This document shows, piece after piece, positions 56,213-64,000 of a stretch of 64,000 nucleotides of DNA. Position 1 is the stretch's first letter. Every line of letters begins with the position of its first letter. The notes below the pieces were generated by a model that did not search any database, had not been told where the DNA came from, and saw nothing but the letters and a program-made list of their open reading frames with translations. The translations under genes were made by a program, and so were the position numbers. The DNA lies in IMG/VR virus record IMGVR_UViG_3300027747_002221, positions 62,001 to 126,000 of that record; one strand, given 5' to 3'.

Positions 56213-57598
56213 TTAACTTCCGGGATATGTAAATCTTATTGAACGAACATTTGGTATAGATGTTACTACAATATTTTGAATAGTATTATTAACTGGGCTT
56301 AACACATTACCTGTATATTTAACTGCTACCTGTGTATTTTTCTTTATACCGTGGATATTCGGAAATTCTATAGTAACCACATTGTTTACTATACTATAAG
56401 TACCTTGCAAATTTCCTGTAGGTAGTCCAATATTAACTATAGTATCACTACTATAATCTATTCCTGAATTATCTATTTCTATGGAAGTTATAGAACCATA
56501 TTGATTAACCCCGGAGATTTTTGCTTTTGCAAATATTCCGCTACCAAATGGATCAGATATAGTTGTAATACGCGCACCTTTCTCATACCCCAATTTTCCA
56601 TCAATCACATCTATTTTAGATAAAACAGAATATGTTGTAGCAATTAAATTTGATGTATCTATTACGTTATTTAACATTACAGATTTTGATGCTGTTATTT
56701 TTTCGTTGGGATAAAAGTAATTGGTAATACTATTTGGATCTAATAATAATTCATATATTTCATACCCACCTAATATTATTTTTTGTACTTTATTTACTAC
56801 AGCAGTTGCTTTAGATACCTCACCGACAACTAACGTATTTTCAAAATCAAATATATTTTGTAGGGGATCTATTTGTTTTACTTTTAGTGATTTAGGTAAA
56901 TACCATTTACCCGAAGATGATTTTAATACTATTTCGTAGGGATAGAAAAATTCTATAGTTTCCTTATATAAGATATTAAATAAAATGCGGTAGGCATCCT
57001 CGGTACCTTTTCTGCTATAAATGTCTCTAATTTTTTTAATTAAGAATGTATTGTCCGACACGGGAGATTTAGTAATATCATAAGCATAATTTTCAAAAAA
57101 TTTGTCAATTAAAAAACTAGAAGTTTGATCTATATCTGCATATTTGCCTATATTTTGTAATAGTTCCTGAGCTTCGTTTCTCTGTTCTAAAAATTCGTAA
57201 TATGCTTTTATAAAAGTTATAAACCTACCATAGTCTGTTTGTACAAATTCTGGTAACTGAGTTTCTACTAACAGAGATAATCTATTTTTTATATTATTAA
57301 AAGGATTTTCTGCACCTGCTCCCGCATATAATGTGTATACTAACGGTTCCTTACTGTTACCATAATTACCAAAACTATCTGGCACATAAAATTCTCCGTC
57401 TTTATAATAGAAAGTTATTACTTGATATATGCCGTTGCCGCCTTTTTCTATATCTGCTTGTATTGCTTCTTTCCTAGTTAGGTATAACGGATAAAACCAA
57501 CCAGTTAGATTACCATTAGTTTGACCGGGTTTAGACTGACCATATAATTTTAATGGCCCAAGTAATGTTTCCAAACTAGGAAGTGTTTCGTACGCCAT
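56213..57598 (-). CDS. gp7-like baseplate wedge N-terminal part
   Basis: QLPEFV..DY..F..F.KAYYEFLE, Y..KGT..AY..LF..LY, S.GKW. Confidence 0.75.
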   Translation of the reverse strand: MAYETLPSLETLLGPLKLYGQSKPGQTNGNLTGWFYPLYLTRKEAIQADIEKGGNGIYQVITFYYKDGEFYVPDSFGNYGNSKEPLVYTLYAGAGAENPFNNIKNRLSLLVETQLPEFVQTDYGRFITFIKAYYEFLEQRNEAQELLQNIGKYADIDQTSSFLIDKFFENYAYDITKSPVSDNTFLIKKIRDIYSRKGTEDAYRILFNILYKETIEFFYPYEIVLKSSSGKWYLPKSLKVKQIDPLQNIFDFENTLVVGEVSKATAVVNKVQKIILGGYEIYELLLDPNSITNYFYPNEKITASKSVMLNNVIDTSNLIATTYSVLSKIDVIDGKLGYEKGARITTISDPFGSGIFAKAKISGVNQYGSITSIEIDNSGIDYSSDTIVNIGLPTGNLQGTYSIVNNVVTIEFPNIHGIKKNTQVAVKYTGNVLSPVNNTIQNIVVTSIPNVRSIRFTYPGS

Positions 57599-57599
57599 A

Positions 57600-59456
57600 T
57601 TATTCTGTTAGTATTGTAACCGTTAATCCGGATATTCGCTTGACATCTGTATTTGTTGCGGTATCGTCCACTACCAATATCATATCATTTGTAGATGTTA
57701 CATCCAATTCCTCTGCCTTTGCATATATTCTTATATCAGACGAATTTTCAACATATCCTGCAGGATTTAAACTGCTGAATGATAAGATTCCGGTAGAATA
57801 ATTCACAGTCCCAATACCATTAACTAAAATTTGATTTGAATAAAAATCAATTAAATTTAAACTACTTGTTGTATTTGTAGATAACGTATCTTGAATATAA
57901 ACTTTGTCTATAGTAATATTACCTGTAGTAGAAGTATCATAGTAAAATGCAGTAGATGCTATACTACCTGTAACTAATTTATTGGCAAATTTAATTACGT
58001 TGCTACCAGCATACCCATTTTCTGCGTTTATTATGGGTTGTATTCTTTTTTGTAGTTTTATATTTAACACACTACCTATAATAGATTGGTTAATAGAATC
58101 TATTAACTTGGATAATTTAGAATAAATAAAATTTTTATTAAATTTTTGTAACTCTTGTTTAAAATAATCATTAATAATTTGTTTAGTTAATAATTCTATT
58201 TGCGGAGCACTATATTTAGAATTTTTTGCTGCAAATTTAACCTTGGAATCTATGTTGATGTAGAGATATTTTGGATCCACAAATTCAGGAATAATTGACA
58301 TTACTTTCTTATTTGCCAAAATATTTTTAGTTATATTTGTTTTTACGGTATCACTAACAACATACCCTTCATACGGTTTTAACGATATCATAACTTTACC
58401 GTACATGGGGGGATCGTTATCTTCTCCTCCCCAAACTGAAATAGATTCAACTAAGGGATAATTTGCTTCTATTATAGCTTTATAATCTGTAGCAGTAACT
58501 GCTCGATTGGTAGAGGATGCAAATCTTGGGGCTTTAAATTTTATTTCATCAATAGTATCTTTAACATCTCCACCCGAAGAATTTGTAGTTGCTGTTATAC
58601 TAGTTCCAAGTATTACGCCGCCTATAGAAGCACCTAACGAAAAGTTTTGCGTAATTGTACTTGATACGTTACAAATATCACCGTTGCTTGATAAGTATTC
58701 TATTATTACTATATTACCTGAGCTTAATTTTTTGCCTAAACTATCATCACCAAAAAATATTTCAAAATATCCGGAAGGATTTTCTTCCAGATAAAATATT
58801 TTGGATGTGGGAGTTATACCATATAAATCATTTGCAAGTGTGTATTGTTCTGTTGTAGTATCCGTATAAGAATTTTGTACTGTTACTCGTATAGATGTAG
58901 TATCTACATTTACATTGGGTATAGTATATTTTTCGGATGGACCAGACAAATCTACTCTATAAGAATATTGTAAAGGTTCGCCTTCTACTATTTCGATATC
59001 GGTAAAATTGTATAATCCATCTATTGGTTTAATTGTGATTGGATCCAAATTTACAAAAGTATAATTTGTGCCATTTATATCTGTAGTAAATCTCGAGTAT
59101 CTGGGCAATGTTAAAGTAGTAGGATTATCTACAGGATCGGGCACGGAGAAGGATAACTTTGCTTTTGCACTTCTAAAGGACATTGGAGTATATCCTAAAT
59201 GTTTTGCAATAGATACTGCGGATTGTCTTTTAACTGCAGAATCTAAAAACATTTCATTCGCAACCATATTGGCAAGATACGCATTATAATGAGTATTATA
59301 CGATAGGAGGTCTAATAGTATAGACAAACTAGATGCATCAAAATCATAATCTTTAAAAACAAGATTATTATCTTTATCTCTATAGTTTGTTAAGAATTGT
59401 TTTAAATTATTTTTGATTCCATCAAAATCTAATTCTGATATTCTATAATTTGCCAT
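57600..59456 (-). CDS. 6: Baseplate wedge gp6
   Basis: LDFD.IK.NL, DYDF..S.LS.LLD.L.YNT.Y, E.FLDSA, RAVT..DY, WGGEDN.PP.YG. Confidence 0.95.
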   Translation of the reverse strand: MANYRISELDFDGIKNNLKQFLTNYRDKDNNLVFKDYDFDASSLSILLDLLSYNTHYNAYLANMVANEMFLDSAVKRQSAVSIAKHLGYTPMSFRSAKAKLSFSVPDPVDNPTTLTLPRYSRFTTDINGTNYTFVNLDPITIKPIDGLYNFTDIEIVEGEPLQYSYRVDLSGPSEKYTIPNVNVDTTSIRVTVQNSYTDTTTEQYTLANDLYGITPTSKIFYLEENPSGYFEIFFGDDSLGKKLSSGNIVIIEYLSSNGDICNVSSTITQNFSLGASIGGVILGTSITATTNSSGGDVKDTIDEIKFKAPRFASSTNRAVTATDYKAIIEANYPLVESISVWGGEDNDPPMYGKVMISLKPYEGYVVSDTVKTNITKNILANKKVMSIIPEFVDPKYLYINIDSKVKFAAKNSKYSAPQIELLTKQIINDYFKQELQKFNKNFIYSKLSKLIDSINQSIIGSVLNIKLQKRIQPIINAENGYAGSNVIKFANKLVTGSIASTAFYYDTSTTGNITIDKVYIQDTLSTNTTSSLNLIDFYSNQILVNGIGTVNYSTGILSFSSLNPAGYVENSSDIRIYAKAEELDVTSTNDMILVVDDTATNTDVKRISGLTVTILTE

Positions 59457-59854
59457 TATCTTACTCTACTTATTAGTGTTGAAATTGTAACCGGATTACT
59501 AGTATTCTTTAAAGCAAAAATAATATTAACAATCAAATCATTCGTATCAACTGATTCTTCTATTTGTACGTCTATTAATCTAACACGAGGTTCATATTTT
59601 TCTATAGAATCAATTATTGTTCGCTCCATTGCAAGTTTGGCTGCGGAGGAAAAATTTTCAAACAATAAGTAATGTATTTGTGTTCCTATTTCTGGATGAA
59701 AAGATCTTTCAAAGTTCTTAGTTCTAATTAAATGTTTAATCGCAGTTTTTACTGCATCCTCATCTGTTTTAAGATAAAGATCTTTAGTAAATGGATTAAT
59801 CTTAAAGGATAAATCCAAATCTGTAAATTGTTTTATTTGTTTACTGGTTGCCAT
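59456..59854 (-). CDS. 25: Baseplate wedge gp25
   Basis: DLDL.F, AVK.....L..T...ER.F.P..G, LFE, YEPRV. Confidence 0.93.
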   Translation of the reverse strand: MATSKQIKQFTDLDLSFKINPFTKDLYLKTDEDAVKTAIKHLIRTKNFERSFHPEIGTQIHYLLFENFSSAAKLAMERTIIDSIEKYEPRVRLIDVQIEESVDTNDLIVNIIFALKNTSNPVTISTLISRVR

Positions 59855-59866
59855 ATTAGATATTTA

Positions 59867-62434
59867 TTATGCTAAATTTACCAAAGATTTCGAAACAGGT
59901 GTATGATTAGCAAATGTCTGTACTGGAGGGTTGGATGTTTTAACTATTGCCCCGTTTGCAGTTAAGAACGCAATGTGTATCCACGCCGATCTTAATTTAT
60001 TATTTCCAGACTCAAACGCATATTCCAGAATAATTTGTCTATGTGGAATATTTTGTACTATCCATTGAGCTATGTCGCTGTAATCTTTAAATCTAGTATT
60101 TGTAAATTTTATATCTGCAGCCGCACCTAATCCATGATCACTTGTCTCAGAATTACTCCCAGTAACTATAGTTGTTACTGGTCTAAACACACTATTAATT
60201 TTCATATCAGGAAATTTTGCCTTAATAGGATCTAAACAATTTACAGTTAATTGTTTTAAGTTATATACTATTTGTTTCTCTGTCAATCCTCGTTGAGCAA
60301 CCAACCCGCCATCTTTTAACATATCATCCAACGTAAATATTCTGTTATCTTTATTGGATAATATAAATGATCTTGGGAAGAATGTAAATTTATTAATATC
60401 CGCATCATTTACTTTTATTACAGGAGTAGCTGCAGAAAGTATTGCCTCACCCTCAACTACTTTAGGAACAATACTAGTGTTAATTAAACCTAGTTGTTCT
60501 AAGCTTAATTTATAGGCATCTGTTCCCGCATCCCCGGCGTCATGGTAGAATGTTGCTTTGGATACTACCTCTCTTTGTAATAAAGGAATAGGTGTTTTAT
60601 CTGGTGATTTTTTCTCAGGTAATTTATCTATTGGACGATCTATTTGCTGAATACTCACGGCACCTGATTGTTGTTTTACGGTAGCGCCTTCTATTAAAGT
60701 TTCTAATCCCCCGTTTATACTCATAGTAGATGCTCTACCAGATTCCATTAAGAAATCTCCGGAAGCTTTTTGAACAATATCTCCATCTTTGGAGTAAAAA
60801 TTTATTCCTTTACCCTGCATACTAATGGGACCCTCGGATACTAGACTAAAACTCTTAGCTGCGGTAACCCTTAAATTTTCGGATATGATACTTGTTTGGC
60901 CGGCACTTTGTACCAACGTATTTCCATGACTTGTTACTGCCAGGTCACCCTCTACTTGAATTTTTGCGTCATCCTTAACTAATATACTAGTTTTGCCTTC
61001 GACCGTTATACATTGAGCCCCTTTAACATATACTAGATTATTACGATCTATAACCTCATAATTATCACCTACGGTTTTTCTCACCATTGATCCATTTACG
61101 TCAATCTCAATATATGTGCCTGTCTTATGAAATATATGTATTCTTTCTGCGCCCGGTGTGCTATCTAATTCTATTAAATGCCCGGCCTCAGTTTCTGTAA
61201 CTTGATTATACGGGTATCCCGCACCATACGCAGAGTCGGGTTCGTTCCATGTTTGTTTACTATTGGCTAATTGAATATTGTCTATTTTCTTATTCTTTTT
61301 TACGTTAAAACTTTTATGTGTTACATCACCGACTGCTAATTTATTAATATCACTAACCCCCGTATAATCTAAGCTTGGATATTTTTTATTTGGATCTTGA
61401 AATCCTTTTATATTATTTAAAGCAGAATTATTTAAAGCAGCATTGTTTGTATTTGTATTATTTGTACTTGGTAAAAAATTACCTGCGGCGTCTAGTTTAT
61501 ATTCAAAATCTCTTGCATTTCCGCCTAGAGCAGTATTAACGGCAACAAAATAATCCTTAGCTAATTTTCCATTAATATCTTTTTTATTTAATTTGTCTGC
61601 ATTAGTTACACCCATTGCTAATGATGTGGCTAATAATCCAGCAACATCTTTTGGATCATCTTTATCTGAAATTTTTCCCATTTGTAACAGAGTATTATAA
61701 TTAATTTTGGATGCCGCAACAACTGCAGATTCCTGTATTGCAGTATCTTCTAAAAATTTTGTTTTACTTGTTATGCCATCCTTACCTGTCCAATTATTAG
61801 AATCAGCAGTCCATGTAGCTGAAACTATATCTTCCGGACATCTTTTAACATATCCCAAATCAATTAAAGCATTGACACTTAACTGATACTTACCTAAATC
61901 TCCTGCAGAACTTTCCTTAGCATAATTTCCACCTGATACTTTTTCAGAAAATGTTTTAAGAAATGTATTTAAATCTGTTTGTGTCAACGGACCTAAATTA
62001 GGTTGAGAATTTTTGTCAGTTTTTACCACATAGGTATTATCCTGATTAACTAAAGCTTCCCCGCCGGAACTTTTAACAACATTATTTATGGATTTATCCT
62101 GTGCTTGTCTAACCAATGATGCTACAGACGGAGAGGGTTTGCCCGCAAGTGTTCCTATAATTAACGGGCGTTGCATCTCCGATCCATCCATAAACCAACC
62201 CACAACCCAAGTTCCTGGTACTATACCTACAGGTGCAGAACCTACTCCTGACGTTGCTGCAGATGTTATAGACTGCATAGGTAGGGCCCATGGTAAATCT
62301 GAGGTAGGCAATGCTGTAGTATCCGCAGTATGATGACCGAATACTCTTACCCGGCATCTTCCTAGTTTTTCTGGATCGTCTCTATCCTCAACAACTCCAG
62401 TCCACCAGACAAGCTCATTATTACCAAATATCAT
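59867..62434 (-). CDS. 5: Baseplate hub/needle gp5 with lysozyme-like insert and C-terminal peptidase M15
   Basis: WW.GVVEDR.DP..LGR.RVR..G.H, LPWA; YPYN.V.ETE.GH..E.D.TP..ERI; SDH..G.AADI...WIH. Confidence 0.9.
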   Translation of the reverse strand: MIFGNNELVWWTGVVEDRDDPEKLGRCRVRVFGHHTADTTALPTSDLPWALPMQSITSAATSGVGSAPVGIVPGTWVVGWFMDGSEMQRPLIIGTLAGKPSPSVASLVRQAQDKSINNVVKSSGGEALVNQDNTYVVKTDKNSQPNLGPLTQTDLNTFLKTFSEKVSGGNYAKESSAGDLGKYQLSVNALIDLGYVKRCPEDIVSATWTADSNNWTGKDGITSKTKFLEDTAIQESAVVAASKINYNTLLQMGKISDKDDPKDVAGLLATSLAMGVTNADKLNKKDINGKLAKDYFVAVNTALGGNARDFEYKLDAAGNFLPSTNNTNTNNAALNNSALNNIKGFQDPNKKYPSLDYTGVSDINKLAVGDVTHKSFNVKKNKKIDNIQLANSKQTWNEPDSAYGAGYPYNQVTETEAGHLIELDSTPGAERIHIFHKTGTYIEIDVNGSMVRKTVGDNYEVIDRNNLVYVKGAQCITVEGKTSILVKDDAKIQVEGDLAVTSHGNTLVQSAGQTSIISENLRVTAAKSFSLVSEGPISMQGKGINFYSKDGDIVQKASGDFLMESGRASTMSINGGLETLIEGATVKQQSGAVSIQQIDRPIDKLPEKKSPDKTPIPLLQREVVSKATFYHDAGDAGTDAYKLSLEQLGLINTSIVPKVVEGEAILSAATPVIKVNDADINKFTFFPRSFILSNKDNRIFTLDDMLKDGGLVAQRGLTEKQIVYNLKQLTVNCLDPIKAKFPDMKINSVFRPVTTIVTGSNSETSDHGLGAAADIKFTNTRFKDYSDIAQWIVQNIPHRQIILEYAFESGNNKLRSAWIHIAFLTANGAIVKTSNPPVQTFANHTPVSKSLVNLA

Positions 62435-63774
62435 TTTCTAGCCTTGTTATATTCTGTCTTTGAAAAAGAATCCTTAACCACATTCATAGTAATATAATGT
62501 GTTTTTGGATTTATTTTATGAGATAAATTTGTTATTAGGTAATACCCGGTATATGCCTCATCTCGTTTTGAGGATGTTTTATCCTCGGATGTAGGTGCAC
62601 CCGGTTCTCCTTTTGGAAAAATTATTTTTATAATGTTTCCTACTTCTACATCCGTTCTTCCGGGAATTACAATTTCCATTTTAAAATTATTTAATTCCAG
62701 CAAATTTGATCTTCTATTACCAAACGTAACCTTTGGTATTTGATCAAAATTGTTTTCCACCTTAGTGAATAATTTAGGAGTACTATAATTAGTTTTTTGG
62801 TATGAGTATGGATTTCTTAATATATTCTTATCAAACATTGGGTAGGAATCTTTACTATTTAGATGTGCGTATTTGTCAAATTCCTCGGGATGTTCATATT
62901 CTTTTATCTCATATGTTTTGTTGTACACATCGATATCTACTAAAGAACTTGCAAGATATCCTAGTCTACTGTTGTCCAATTGATTTACTGCGGTTTCCAC
63001 AGATAAGGATTTTATCGCATACATAGCCTTGTGTTTTTCATCTACAGATAAAGTTTTTATATATGCCTCAGAATAAACATATTCACCTATTGAGAATGCC
63101 TCTAAATTGGATAATATACTATCCATACTACCAAAATAAAATCCTTTGGTAGTTTCCCAGAATAAAAAATTTGCAGCTTTTCCTGCAGATGGTAAGCATT
63201 TTCCTGCCAACCAATTAATACATTGGATTGGTGTCCACCCGGGACTAATAAATTTTAGTATATTTTTTGGATATTCTAAAAACGTTAAAGTAGTCTTTAT
63301 GCTAGGTCCTGTAATTATATTCCTATTAGCTTGTATGTAATCTATAAAAATATCGTTTATTACTTTTGATGGAGTTCCTTCAAAAGATTTGTATATGGGA
63401 TTTAACACATCATTAAATCCCTCAGTAGACATGATACCTAATTCATAAATTATTGTACTACTATCGTTCACATAATTTTTATTTTCTAATGAATATATTC
63501 TAAAAGTTTTATATATACTATCTTTGTCAGTTAAGCTGGGGGTTTTTACATTTATAAAAAGATATTCATCTCCTATTAATGGAAAAAGTGAGGTTAAATT
63601 TCTGCTATCAGATAAAATTATTGATCCTGTAACAATAGGATCGAATACGCTTTCATAAAGATTAATTTCTACAAGATAATCTAAAAGACTTATACTTATA
63701 CCTTTATTTAATGAAATTAACTTGATTTCATTTATTTCTATTTGCCCGGGGGCTTGTAATATTTCTTGAGACAT
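62431..63774 (-). CDS. Baseplate hub / tail protein (gp27-like)
   Basis: I..YES.F...VTG...L.DS, F.FWET..G..F.S, IPG...VG, G.YL...L.H; position between gp53 and gp5. Confidence 0.7.
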   Translation of the reverse strand: MSQEILQAPGQIEINEIKLISLNKGISISLLDYLVEINLYESVFDPIVTGSIILSDSRNLTSLFPLIGDEYLFINVKTPSLTDKDSIYKTFRIYSLENKNYVNDSSTIIYELGIMSTEGFNDVLNPIYKSFEGTPSKVINDIFIDYIQANRNIITGPSIKTTLTFLEYPKNILKFISPGWTPIQCINWLAGKCLPSAGKAANFLFWETTKGFYFGSMDSILSNLEAFSIGEYVYSEAYIKTLSVDEKHKAMYAIKSLSVETAVNQLDNSRLGYLASSLVDIDVYNKTYEIKEYEHPEEFDKYAHLNSKDSYPMFDKNILRNPYSYQKTNYSTPKLFTKVENNFDQIPKVTFGNRRSNLLELNNFKMEIVIPGRTDVEVGNIIKIIFPKGEPGAPTSEDKTSSKRDEAYTGYYLITNLSHKINPKTHYITMNVVKDSFSKTEYNKARK

Positions 63775-64000
63775 TATTGATTTATTAATGCATTATAATC
63801 TGCAAGAACTCTCTCAACAATAGGTGCCTTTAAGATTTTAATTAATCTATAACTCTCATTAGTTAATTCCTCTACCTCATAATTACTTTGAAAATCTGTT
63901 CCTATTTCCGATTCTTTATATGCAATGGGTGTATTAATACCACCATCATCGGGAGTTTCTATGATTAATCTTTTTGGATTTTTGTGTGTAGAGTCTTCCA
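63774..64000 (-). CDS. Baseplate wedge gp53, C-terminal part (runs off window)
   Basis: My translation ...DFQSNYEVEELTNESYRLIKILKAPIVERVLADYNALINQ*, matching the gp53 tail pattern. Confidence 0.7.
   Translation of the reverse strand, partial: EDSTHKNPKRLIIETPDDGGINTPIAYKESEIGTDFQSNYEVEELTNESYRLIKILKAPIVERVLADYNALINQ

Noticed and set aside
1-64000. tRNA genes, CRISPR arrays, IS elements, alternative genetic code
   Set aside because: Intergenic gaps are short with no cloverleaf or spaced repeats seen; core genes translate full length in the standard code.

Overview
AT-rich 64-kb segment of a T4-like (Tevenvirinae/Kyanoviridae-style) myophage genome; every credible gene is on the minus strand. 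Reading right to left in transcription order, there are five blocks. (i) A near-complete virion module: gp53, hub, gp5, gp25, gp6, split gp7-like, gp8, split DUF4815/VrlC-like protein, fibre genes, gp13-gp23 and gp3, with T4 late promoters (TATAAATA). (ii) uvsY, uvsW and gp55. (iii) A sigma70-driven 7-deazaguanine DNA-modification cluster (queE, folE, dpdA-like transglycosylase, QueD-paralogue/DpdL-like, queD) interleaved with three GT-B glycosyltransferases, galE, an exonuclease and a histone-H1-like protein. No queC is present in the window, and a preQ1-I-like pseudoknot lies directly upstream of queD. (iv) gp47/gp46, where gp46 appears to carry a 220-codon overprinted gene, followed by a 2OG-Fe(II) oxygenase and a vWA-metallopeptidase/MoxR-AAA pair. 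(v) A late-promoter-driven sugar cluster (gmd, fcl, FkbM methyltransferase, GT10 fucosyltransferase, rfbH, TPP enzyme). The best candidates for new biology are a possibly glycosylated 7-deazaguanine DNA hypermodification system with its own riboswitch-like RNA, the overprinted ORF inside gp46, and an antisense early-type promoter inside the neck genes. All calls are from motif recognition by eye; no searches were run.
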